Assembly (NCBI GenBank): GCA_039208735.1
Contig: JBCCQY010000028.1
Location: forward strand, 1-64,000
Source of the DNA: Myxococcota bacterium
GTDB lineage: Bacteria; Myxococcota_A; UBA796; GCA-2862545
Direction: 5' to 3'
DNA length: 64,000 bases
The position numbers and the translations under genes are program-made. Of the stretch, positions 48,395 through 57,161 are shown one piece after another. Below the pieces are notes generated by a model, which was given only the letters and a program-made list of their open reading frames with translations, had not been told where the DNA came from and did not search any database. Within the stretch, counting starts at the first letter, position 1; each line of letters begins with the position of its first letter.

Positions 48395-49651
48395 TTATTC
48401 CTGGACCCGGTCCTCCGCTGGTCTCACGTCGGAAACCCCGATGACGCCTGCCTCTACAAGGCGATCGATGGCGGCCCGATCGAGGGCTAACTCGTCGGCC
48501 AGTACGGACTGGGTGTGCTCTCCCAGTCGGGGAGCCGGTCGAAACGGAGGCGGATCGGGCATACTCGACAACTTCACGGGATTACCTGGCTGTCGCGACC
48601 GCGTACCGTCGGGTCCGGGAACGTCGACGACCATGTGCCGAGCCATCGTCTGGACGTCGGTCAACGCTTCGTCCACTCCGAACACCGGTGCACACGGCAC
48701 CCGCTCGGCGACCAGTCGATCGACCCACACATCACGAGGTTGCTCGAGAAACCGAGCCCGCAACACGTCATCGATCGCCGCTCGATGCTGCTCGCGGCCC
48801 GCTGCCGTCCGGTACTCGGGACGGTCCAGCTCTTGAAACCCGGTCGCGGCGAGAAACCGCGGCCACATCGGGTCGAAGATGACCGCGACCACAAGCCAAC
48901 CGTCGGCGGTTGGGTAGGCGTCATAGGGCACGTGGACGGGATGAGCGTTGCCCCGCGGCCCTGGCACTTCTCCCGACAGCGTATGCATCGTGGCAATGTA
49001 GTTGAGCAGCGAAAGCTGCGTGTCGTGCATCGCCAGGTCGACATGTTGGCCTTCGCCGGTGCGATCGCGCGCGCGCAATGCGGCGAGCAGGCCAATCACC
49101 ACCATGAGGCCGCTCGAGAGATCACCGATCGGCAGGCCCGCGCGTAGTGGCACCCCACCCGGTTCCCCAGTGAGGCTCATGCCGCCTCCCATGGCCTGGG
49201 CCACGGCGTCGAACACCACTTGATGGCGACGGGGTCCCGTGGCCCCAAAGCCCGAAATCGCGGCGGTGACGAGACGCGGATTGTGGCCGATCAAATCGGC
49301 ATGGCGTAGTCGCAGCCGCTCGGTGACCTCGACCGAGAAGTTCGACAGCACCACGTCGGTCTTGGCCACCAGACCCTCGAAGAGGCGTCGTCCGGCTTCG
49401 GACTTGAGGTCGAGCGCCACACTGCGCTTGTTTCGATTCAGCGTGGCGAAGTAGGCCCCGAGGCCGTCGACGGTGTAGCGCGGATCGTGCGCCAGGAGCC
49501 GTCGCGTGGGGTCACCCGTCACGGGCTCAACCTTGATGACGTCGGCCCCAAGGTCGGCCAGCAGCTGTGCGGCATACGGTCCGGCGAGCATCTGGCACAA
49601 ATCCAGCACCCGTACATCAGAAAGCGCACCTTGCATCAAAAGAACTGCCAT
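48395..49651 (-). CDS. CoA-transferase family III (CaiB/BaiF)
   Basis: VRVLDL...AGPYAAQLLADLGADVIKVE, NRNKRSVALDLK, APRLGEHT. Confidence 0.93.
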   Translation of the reverse strand: MAVLLMQGALSDVRVLDLCQMLAGPYAAQLLADLGADVIKVEPVTGDPTRRLLAHDPRYTVDGLGAYFATLNRNKRSVALDLKSEAGRRLFEGLVAKTDVVLSNFSVEVTERLRLRHADLIGHNPRLVTAAISGFGATGPRRHQVVFDAVAQAMGGGMSLTGEPGGVPLRAGLPIGDLSSGLMVVIGLLAALRARDRTGEGQHVDLAMHDTQLSLLNYIATMHTLSGEVPGPRGNAHPVHVPYDAYPTADGWLVVAVIFDPMWPRFLAATGFQELDRPEYRTAAGREQHRAAIDDVLRARFLEQPRDVWVDRLVAERVPCAPVFGVDEALTDVQTMARHMVVDVPGPDGTRSRQPGNPVKLSSMPDPPPFRPAPRLGEHTQSVLADELALDRAAIDRLVEAGVIGVSDVRPAEDRVQE

Positions 49652-50922
49652 GGCCGAACCTCTTCACCGTCCGCCAGTCGGCGGGCGATTCGCGAGGCAT
49701 CAACGGCGTACACGAGGTTGAGAATGCCGCACAGCGCGCACGTCACGACCCAAACCGCGAGACACGCCGCCGCCTTGGCGTTTTGCCCGTTGTAGAGCTG
49801 GCCCAGACCTGGCACGAGGAACGAGGCGAGCCCTGCGACCCAGGGCCTCGGCGCTTCGGTGACCGCCATTTCGGGATCCAAGCCCTCGAAGGACGTCGAC
49901 AATCGGTGCCCTTCGATCGAAAAGACCCCAATGTGGTCGTGGCGGGTGCCAAACACCACCTGCTCGCCATCGGGCGTGAACGCCAGGTCCTCGATCCATG
50001 CCAGCACCTCCCCTCGGGGGAGCACCTGCTCTGGTCGTAGGGTGGCCGCATCGTAGAGGGCCAGCGCACCATCGGGCAGATTGACGGCGATGCGGGTGCC
50101 ATCCGGTGAAAACCGAGGCCGAGGCTCGAACGCAAGCGTCGTACCGCCGGCCCGCACCCCGTCGTGGGCGAAGGGTGGTCCCGACGCAACGTCGGAGCCG
50201 TCGGCCAGATGAAGCACACGGAGACCACGCCGTGACGCATCGGGCTCGCTGGGTTCACCGAGGGGTCGCGTCGGGGTGAGCCGGCGCCAGGGTCCGCCTT
50301 CGGTCCCCACAGGAGCGGTGACCACGACTCGGGTGCCGTCGTTCGAAACCTCGGGAGCGGCCACAGGTCCCTCGAGGGTTCGATCCCACAACAGTCTTCC
50401 GGTGTCGATTTCGATGGATCGCAGGTGCGCGCCCTGGGCCAGGACGAGCTGGCCAGCCCGACGGGCCACCCGAAACCCGCCAAACGGGTCGGACCCTCGT
50501 GGTTCGTACAGAACGGCGAGGCGCTCGCCAGTGGTGGCATCGAGCAGGTGCACCCCCGCGTGGGTCATGGCGACGGCGAGCCGACCGTCATCCACCCATG
50601 CCACCGCCACGGGCGTGGCCGGCACCTCGACTTCGCACACGAGGGGAGCCGCCCCCGTGTCACGCACCACCACGGTGCGCTGGCGCGTCGCGATGGCCAA
50701 TCGCCGGCCATCGGGGGCCATGGCGACGGCTGCCGCATCGTGGCTACGACCCGGAAGGCCCACCGGCACGCTGCCCACCGACGCAGCCACCATCACCGTG
50801 TTCTGCACCAGCACAAGCACCGAACCCGACGGATGCACCTCGACATGTCGCACGCGAGGCAACCGCATCGCGAACGGCAAGCTCGACAGCGTCTCGTACG
50901 AGGCGGCCAAACGGTGCTCCAA
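49636..50922 (-). CDS. WD40/beta-propeller protein with C-terminal small membrane domain
   Basis: Repeats such as APDGRRLA, FSPDGTRIA and FTPDGEQV; C-terminal SFLVPGLGQLYNGQ + TM. Confidence 0.7.
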   Translation of the reverse strand: MEHRLAASYETLSSLPFAMRLPRVRHVEVHPSGSVLVLVQNTVMVAASVGSVPVGLPGRSHDAAAVAMAPDGRRLAIATRQRTVVVRDTGAAPLVCEVEVPATPVAVAWVDDGRLAVAMTHAGVHLLDATTGERLAVLYEPRGSDPFGGFRVARRAGQLVLAQGAHLRSIEIDTGRLLWDRTLEGPVAAPEVSNDGTRVVVTAPVGTEGGPWRRLTPTRPLGEPSEPDASRRGLRVLHLADGSDVASGPPFAHDGVRAGGTTLAFEPRPRFSPDGTRIAVNLPDGALALYDAATLRPEQVLPRGEVLAWIEDLAFTPDGEQVVFGTRHDHIGVFSIEGHRLSTSFEGLDPEMAVTEAPRPWVAGLASFLVPGLGQLYNGQNAKAAACLAVWVVTCALCGILNLVYAVDASRIARRLADGEEVRPWQFF

Positions 50923-51029
50923 GACAAGAATGCGAGCATAACGACTCGCTCCCCCAGGGGCTTGGCGAGGGTCTCACCACGGCTCAAGCCCGGGTCCCAG
51001 GTGACCGATGCACGCCATGGAGGGCAACC

Positions 51030-51794
51030 ATGGACTTCAGTACCGCCGGCGGTTTCGCGGCGTGCTTCGGACTCATCGCCATCGGCATCATCTTGGGTGG
51101 CGCGGGCTTTGGCGCCTACATCGACCCCCCATCCGTCGCGATCGTTATCGGCGGAACGATCGGTGCCGTCATGATTGGATTTCCCTTGGCGGACATCATG
51201 AATGCGCTGAAAGCCTTGCGCATTGCCTTCATGCCGCCCAGTCACGACATGAAGTCGACCGTGAAGCAGCTCGAGGAGCTGTCGCAGCGGGCACGCCGAG
51301 AAGGCCTGCTTTCGCTGGAAGAAGCCGCTGAGGCAGCCGAGGACGACTTCTTGCGTCGCGGCCTGCAAATGATGGTCGACGGTCATGAACCGGCCGCCAT
51401 TGAGTCCGTGTTGTTCGGTGAGATCGATAAGCTCGAAAGCCGTCACAAGGTGAGCATCAACTGCTGGGACTCCCTCGGCGCTTACGGTCCTGCAATGGGA
51501 CTTATCGGGACGCTGATCGGTCTTGTGCAGATGCTCCAAAGCATGTCGGACCCCTCCACGATTGGTCCTGCCATGGCCGTGGCCCTCCTCACCACGTTCT
51601 ACGGCGCCATCATCGGCAATGTCGTGGGGATTCCGACCGCCAACAAGCTCAAGCAGCGGTCGGCCGAAGAGATGGCCCACATGGAACTCATCGCCCAAGG
51701 TCTCATCTCGATCCTGGGTGGCGAGAATCCGCGGTTCATGGTCGAACGCCTCAACTCCACGCTGCCCCCGAATCAGCGTGAAGAGGCAGCCTGA
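51030..51794 (+). CDS. motA: Flagellar stator A subunit (MotA/PomA)
   Basis: ARREGLLSLE, PAMGLIGTLIGL, GPAMAVALLTTFYG. Confidence 0.93.
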   Translation: MDFSTAGGFAACFGLIAIGIILGGAGFGAYIDPPSVAIVIGGTIGAVMIGFPLADIMNALKALRIAFMPPSHDMKSTVKQLEELSQRARREGLLSLEEAAEAAEDDFLRRGLQMMVDGHEPAAIESVLFGEIDKLESRHKVSINCWDSLGAYGPAMGLIGTLIGLVQMLQSMSDPSTIGPAMAVALLTTFYGAIIGNVVGIPTANKLKQRSAEEMAHMELIAQGLISILGGENPRFMVERLNSTLPPNQREEAA

Positions 51795-52513
51795 TGGGGC
51801 GCCGAGCGAAATGCGATGAGTGCAAGCCAGGTCTTCCGGCCTGGATGGGCACCTATTCCGACCTCGTGACCCTGATGATGGCCTTCTTCGTCATGCTCGT
51901 GGCGATGGCCAACTTCGAGGACACCAAGCGAATCGAAGCGGTGGTGGAGTCGATCCACACCGCGCTTGGGATGCGCGGCTTCGACAGCAAGATGGTTGCC
52001 GTCAGCAAGAAGCTTCAATTCACCGAGTCGGTGCGCCGCGACCAAACCGTGGAGCCCGTCGTCGCCAAGCTGCGCCAGGCCATGGCCAAGCACATGTCGG
52101 ACGACTTCGTGCGAATGGTGGAGCAGAAGAAAGAGCTGCGCATCAAGCTGAACGGTCGGGTGTTCTTCCAACCTGGCTCCGCCTTGTTGCACCCAAGTTC
52201 GTATGCGATCCTTGCCGACCTCGGTTCGGCGCTGAAGGATGAGAAGGTCCTCCTTCGGGTCGAGGGCTATGCCGATGAGTCTGGCAACGAAGAGGCCAAC
52301 TGGAGCCTCTCCGGTCAACGGGCGCTCGCCGTCGTGCTTGCGCTACGCGAAAAGGGTCCGATCAAGGGCAAGTACCTTGAGGCGGTGGCCCATGGTTCGT
52401 TCCACCCCGGCGCCAAGGAGCCCGAAAGCTCCGATTGGGCCCGCCGGGTCGACATTGTGCTTTCGACGGATGATCTAGCGGGCGCGCGGGCCGCGGGCCG
52501 CTTCATGGAGTGA
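51794..52513 (+). CDS. motB: Flagellar stator B subunit (MotB/PomB)
   Basis: PGLPAWMGTYSDLVTL with the conserved Asp; OmpA-like NWSLSGQRA...RRVDIV. Confidence 0.92.
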   Translation: MGRRAKCDECKPGLPAWMGTYSDLVTLMMAFFVMLVAMANFEDTKRIEAVVESIHTALGMRGFDSKMVAVSKKLQFTESVRRDQTVEPVVAKLRQAMAKHMSDDFVRMVEQKKELRIKLNGRVFFQPGSALLHPSSYAILADLGSALKDEKVLLRVEGYADESGNEEANWSLSGQRALAVVLALREKGPIKGKYLEAVAHGSFHPGAKEPESSDWARRVDIVLSTDDLAGARAAGRFME

Positions 52514-53010
52514 GCGTGGACGACGAAGACGACGAGTACATCGTCCAATCCGGCGGGGGCGGCAACATGATGATGACGCTCATCGTGGGCGTCGTTGGCT
52601 TCCTGCTGGGTGCAGGAGCCGGATTTGGCGGGGCGATGTTCCTCGCCGAAGAGCCAGAGTGTGAGACCGAAGCCGAAGGGGAGATGGCCGAACTCGGTCC
52701 GCAAGCGGACGAGCGTGTCATGCATTCGCTCGGCCGGTTCACCGTGAACCTACGGGGTACCGGCGGCGGCCGTGTGTTGCGAATGGAAGTCCAGGTGGAA
52801 ATCGACGGGACGCAGCAGGAGATGGTCGAAGCCAAGACCCCCTTGCTGCGAGACGCGGTGCTCACCCTTGCCTCGGACTACACCTTCGGCGACCTCGAAG
52901 GGCTCGACGGCAAGATGCGGTTCCGCGACGAGCTGCTGGCCAGACTCAACTCTGCGTTGTCGGTCTCCGGGATCCGGCGAATCTACTTCACTGAATTCGT
53001 GGTGCAATAG
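52510..53010 (+). CDS. fliL: Flagellar basal-body-associated protein FliL
   Basis: N-terminal TM; FTVNL; LRDAVL; IYFTEFVVQ C-terminus. Confidence 0.92.
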   Translation: MSVDDEDDEYIVQSGGGGNMMMTLIVGVVGFLLGAGAGFGGAMFLAEEPECETEAEGEMAELGPQADERVMHSLGRFTVNLRGTGGGRVLRMEVQVEIDGTQQEMVEAKTPLLRDAVLTLASDYTFGDLEGLDGKMRFRDELLARLNSALSVSGIRRIYFTEFVVQ

Positions 53011-53892
53011 GTGTCTCGCGATCAGCTGCTTTCCAGGCCCGATCGGGCCGCCCTCGGTCTTGTTGCAGACCTCTTCGACGCCGCGACGCTGCACCTGCGG
53101 ACCTCCATGGTGAAGCGATGCGGCGGTGAAGTTGCCGTGCGACCGGAGCAGCCGATCGTGCGTCATCTCAACGATCTGCTCCACCCTCCTGCGGATCAAC
53201 CCATGGGCGCCACCGCTCCCTTCACCCTGGTTCCTCACCAGGTGAGGGGGCTCATCACACTCGATGTTCCGCTGGTTCAACGCCTCGTTGGCTTGTTTCT
53301 TGGGGAAAACCCTGATCAAGAGACGGAAACCAGCGCGGCGCGGCGCCTGACGCGGGTGGATATGCAGATGGCACGGTGGATCTGCCAAGACATCGCCGAC
53401 TCGATGGTCGCGGCTTGCAAGATGCCAGATCCCCCGCGAGCCGAGGTCGGTGAGGTCTACTCCAATCCTCGTTCGGTCCGCGCGCTGCCGCAGTCGCCCT
53501 CGGTCATCGAAGTCGAGGTCGAACTCGGGCCCGAAGCCAACCCTTTTGGACGTGCCGCCGTGGTCCTTCCCGCGCAAGCGAACGGCGTGCTGTGGCCCGA
53601 GCGCCGACAGTCTGGCCAAATCCGGTCGCCCCTCACCGACGAAGGGGTGGACCGTGTGCGCAGCGTCCCCGTCTCGGTCGTGGCGAGCATCCATCGCCAA
53701 CGGGTCCCGATGCGAGAGCTACGCGAATTCAAGGTTGGCGACGTCATCGAGATGGGCAGCGTGCGAAACGTCCTCGTCCACGCGAAAGGTCGCGCCATTT
53801 TGAACGGGGAAGCGGGCGACCAAGATGGACACCGCTGCATTCGAGTCGTCGGGCGGATTGGACCTCAAGGGGACTCCACACCGAACCGATGA
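53011..53892 (+). CDS. fliM: Flagellar motor switch protein FliM (divergent)
   Basis: Lies between fliL and fliN; LFLGE...RRLTRVD middle domain; C-terminal SpoA-like KVGDVIEM. Confidence 0.7.
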   Translation: MSRDQLLSRPDRAALGLVADLFDAATLHLRTSMVKRCGGEVAVRPEQPIVRHLNDLLHPPADQPMGATAPFTLVPHQVRGLITLDVPLVQRLVGLFLGENPDQETETSAARRLTRVDMQMARWICQDIADSMVAACKMPDPPRAEVGEVYSNPRSVRALPQSPSVIEVEVELGPEANPFGRAAVVLPAQANGVLWPERRQSGQIRSPLTDEGVDRVRSVPVSVVASIHRQRVPMRELREFKVGDVIEMGSVRNVLVHAKGRAILNGEAGDQDGHRCIRVVGRIGPQGDSTPNR

Positions 53893-53911
53893 AGCCGACA
53901 GGAGTGAAACC

Positions 53912-54184
53912 ATGAGCGGTGATCCGACTTTCCTGTTCGAAATCCCCGTTGAGCTGGTCGTGGAACTCGGTCGCACTGAGCTGACCGTGGGCGAACTGGC
54001 TGAACTCGGCCAGGACGACATCGTCAAGCTCGACTGCCTGGCGGGCCAGCCTCTCGACATCGTGGCTGGCGGACGGCTCTTTGGCCGAGGAGAGGTCGTC
54101 ATCGAGGAAGACCGGGTGGGGGTTCGCATCACCGAACTCATCGGTCAGGCCTCGGCGTCCCACGTCCTGGCGGAGGCCGGGTGA
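53912..54184 (+). CDS. fliN: Flagellar motor switch protein FliN
   Basis: IPVELVVELGRT...GEVVIEEDRVGVRITE (SpoA domain). Confidence 0.9.
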   Translation: MSGDPTFLFEIPVELVVELGRTELTVGELAELGQDDIVKLDCLAGQPLDIVAGGRLFGRGEVVIEEDRVGVRITELIGQASASHVLAEAG

Positions 54185-54837
54185 TCGTTGGGGGGCTCAT
54201 CGTTGCCCTCGCGAATGCGCAGCCCGTTCCTGACGAAGTACAGGAGCTGCCCCGTTCGGAGGTAGAGCGATTGCTAGGACCCGAACCGGCAGGCCCTCCC
54301 GCCGAGCTGGCCCCGCGTCCCGTGATCGACACCTTCAGCTGGTGGCCGTTTGTATTGGTTGGCTTGGGGGCGGGTGCCCTGTGGTGGATTCGACGCCGCA
54401 TTGAACAGGGCCCGGCCAAAGACACGGGATCGGAGCTTCGCGTCGTGGGCCGAGCAGACTTGAGCGGTCAATCGGCCCTTGCGGTGGTTGAAGTCCGCGA
54501 TCGAAGTGGTTCATGGCGCCGCCTGGTCATTGGTACGGGCGATGGGACGCCCCAACTCGTCGCCGACCTCGGAGAACCGCAGTTCGGCTTCCTCGGTGAG
54601 GACGAAGACTCCACCGTGCAGGAGCTGGGATTCGTACCCCCCTCTCCGAAGGCTTCGGTCGAGGACTTGCCGAGCGATTTCGCACCTTACGAACCGCTCC
54701 CCTCACCGAGCGAGGCGGGCTTGCCCCCTCTTCCCGCGGATCCGAAGTCAGGCCGCGCTCTCGTGCACGAGGTCCTTGGCGAGCGTCGACGAAAGCCTCG
54801 ATCCAGACGGTCCACCTCGTTCCAGACCTTTGCGTGA
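54181..54837 (+). CDS. fliO: FliO-like flagellar protein
   Basis: TM followed by LRVVGRADLSGQSALAVVEV...LVIG; follows fliN. Confidence 0.65.
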   Translation: MIVGGLIVALANAQPVPDEVQELPRSEVERLLGPEPAGPPAELAPRPVIDTFSWWPFVLVGLGAGALWWIRRRIEQGPAKDTGSELRVVGRADLSGQSALAVVEVRDRSGSWRRLVIGTGDGTPQLVADLGEPQFGFLGEDEDSTVQELGFVPPSPKASVEDLPSDFAPYEPLPSPSEAGLPPLPADPKSGRALVHEVLGERRRKPRSRRSTSFQTFA

Positions 54838-54900
54838 GCGTAACCGTCGTGTGTTGAGGGTGACGTTCCGGCTCGCTATTGTTGCGCGAAAGGAGGGCCG

Positions 54901-55074
54901 ATGCGCCCCGTGCTCAACTTCTGGTCGAAAGAGGACGGCGCTACCGCGATCGAGTACGCAGTCCTCGCATCCTTCGTGGTACTCGCGGCGATGGCCGGCT
55001 TCGTGGCCTTTGGGAACAGCGCTAACACCCTGTTCACCAACATTTCGTCCCACTTCGCGGGCACCGCGCCCTAA
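54901..55074 (+). CDS. Flp family type IVb pilin (57 aa)
   Basis: Not in the ORF track. MRPVLNFWSKEDG/ATAIEYAVLASFVVLAAMAGF...; AAAGGAGG RBS; G|xxxxEY Flp motif. Confidence 0.9.
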   Translation: MRPVLNFWSKEDGATAIEYAVLASFVVLAAMAGFVAFGNSANTLFTNISSHFAGTAP

Positions 55075-55194
55075 GCGGCGGAACACCACTGCACTCCGTT
55101 GTATCCGCAGAGTAACCTCACCAATCCTACAATCACCTAAGAGATGATTGGATCAGTGGGTCGGCGGTACCGTCGCGAGCAGTGGAGTTGATGA

Positions 55195-55356
55195 ATGCGC
55201 AGCGTCCGAGCCTTCCTTCGTGAAGAAGGAGGTAGTACCGCTATTGAATACGGCATGATCGCGTCCCTCGTCATTCTCGTCGCCATGGCTGCGATGTACC
55301 AGGTGGGTGACCGCACGGTGGCGATGTGGAACAACATCGCCGCGCACATCCGCTAA
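55195..55356 (+). CDS. Flp family type IVb pilin (53 aa)
   Basis: Not in the ORF track. MRSVRAFLREEGG/STAIEYGMIASLVILVAMAAM...WNNIAAHIR. Confidence 0.9.
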   Translation: MRSVRAFLREEGGSTAIEYGMIASLVILVAMAAMYQVGDRTVAMWNNIAAHIR

Positions 55357-55367
55357 GGCGCTCGAAC

Positions 55368-57107
55368 CTACATCCGCTCCACCGCTTCGATCCCGAGAAG
55401 GCCAAGGCCCGTCTCGAGCGCTTTCGCAACCCCGAACGCCAAGGCGAGGCGACGCGCCTTCACGGACTCCGGCACCCCTTTCAGCACGGGGCACTGGTTC
55501 CACCAGGGCCCCACCGCTCCTGCGAGCGCTTCGAGGTGATCCGCCAACAGGTTGGGGCGGCAGCTTTCGACGGCCAGCTGGACGACTTCGGGCGTGCGAT
55601 TCGCGAGCACCACCAAGGTGCGCTCCGTCTCGTGCTCGATGGCCGGGGGGACGCTCGGGACCTGCCCCTCGAGTTCAGCATTGCGCAGCAAGCTCTTCAG
55701 GCGTGCATGCGCATACTCGAGGTAGACCGCAGACCCTGAGTCGAGCGCAAGCGCGCGGTCCCAAGCGAAATTGATGTCGGACTGCGGGTTCTGGGACAGG
55801 TCGAAGTACTTGATGGTCCCCACCCCCACCTTGCGCGCGACCTCCTTGCGCTCGTCCTCCGACAAAAACCCCTGTTCGTCACGCTCCTCGACAACCTTCA
55901 GCGTGCGGCGTTCCGCCTCATCGAGCAGATCGACGAGGTTGATGACATTGCCCGATCGCGAGCTCGCCGCGGCCCCCTCAATGCGCAGGGTGCCAAACCA
56001 AACGTGCTGTTGGTCGACGTTGCCAAATCCCATCTTTCGAGCTGCGGCGAAGACCTGACGAAAGTGCAGCTGCTGGCGCCCATCCGTCAAGATGAGAATC
56101 CGATCCGCGTTGTGGTGGGTCGCACGGTAGCGCACCGTCGCAAGGTCGGTGGTCCCATAGAGAGCCGCGCCGTCGGCCTTCCGGATGAGCATGGGTTGCT
56201 TCGCGAGGCCCTTGCCGTCCTCGGGCATGAACTCAATGATCACGGCACCGTCGCTTTCCGTCGCGATGCCTTGAGCGAGCAAATCATCGACCAGCGGCTT
56301 CAGCTCATCGGCGTAGGCACTCTCTCCACGAATTTCGTCAAACGCGACACCGAGACGCTCGTAGACCTGATTGAACTCGGCCATAGAGACATCGACGAAT
56401 TGCTGCCAGAGGGCAACGGTCTCGGGCTCACGGTTCTGGAGCTTCACCGTTTCCGACCGAGCCGTCTCCATGAAGCGCTCGTCGTTCTTCGCCGCGTCGC
56501 CTGACCACTCATACAGACGCTGCAATTCACCAACGGGATCGGCTGCGTAGGCGTCCTCATCGCGCTCCCGGTGCCAGGCCGTGATGAGCTTGCCGAAGGG
56601 GGTTCCCCAATCGCCGAGGTGGTTATCGGCGATCACCGTCCACCCGAGCCAGCGATGCATGCGATCGAGGGCGTTGCCAATGATGGTGGACCGCAAGTGC
56701 CCGATATGCATGCGCTTTGCGATGTTCGGGCTGGAGTAGTCCATGACCACGGTGCGCCCTTGGCCCGCATCGGGTGGTCCGAAGCGTTCATCGCGCATGC
56801 GCGCATCGAGCTGCCCCGCAAGCCACTCCGGCTCGAGGGTGAAGTTGATGAATCCGGGCCCGGCAATCGCCACCGAGGCCACCGCAGGCTCGTCGGGCAA
56901 CGCCGCCACGATCTGTTCTGCCACCCCTCGAGGACCTGGACCCTCCCGGCCGAGCTTCTTGCCAAGTCGGAGCGCGAAGTTGGACTGATAGTCGCCGTGC
57001 GACGCATCCCGCGTCGCGACGCAAGGGTCGACGGTCTCATCTTCGTGCCCGATGGCCCTGACCGCCTGCTCTACGAGGGCGGTGAGGTACTCGGCAATGG
57101 TCTGCAT
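55368..57107 (-). CDS. argS: Arginine--tRNA ligase
   Basis: DYSSPNIAKRMHIGHLRSTIIG, NHLGDWG, YLEYAHARL, VERM C-terminus. Confidence 0.96.
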   Translation of the reverse strand: MQTIAEYLTALVEQAVRAIGHEDETVDPCVATRDASHGDYQSNFALRLGKKLGREGPGPRGVAEQIVAALPDEPAVASVAIAGPGFINFTLEPEWLAGQLDARMRDERFGPPDAGQGRTVVMDYSSPNIAKRMHIGHLRSTIIGNALDRMHRWLGWTVIADNHLGDWGTPFGKLITAWHRERDEDAYAADPVGELQRLYEWSGDAAKNDERFMETARSETVKLQNREPETVALWQQFVDVSMAEFNQVYERLGVAFDEIRGESAYADELKPLVDDLLAQGIATESDGAVIIEFMPEDGKGLAKQPMLIRKADGAALYGTTDLATVRYRATHHNADRILILTDGRQQLHFRQVFAAARKMGFGNVDQQHVWFGTLRIEGAAASSRSGNVINLVDLLDEAERRTLKVVEERDEQGFLSEDERKEVARKVGVGTIKYFDLSQNPQSDINFAWDRALALDSGSAVYLEYAHARLKSLLRNAELEGQVPSVPPAIEHETERTLVVLANRTPEVVQLAVESCRPNLLADHLEALAGAVGPWWNQCPVLKGVPESVKARRLALAFGVAKALETGLGLLGIEAVERM

Positions 57108-57161
57108 TTGGGGCCTCCTGCCAAGTCCCTAAGGCGGGCCAGGCAGGAGGTCACGCAGCCA

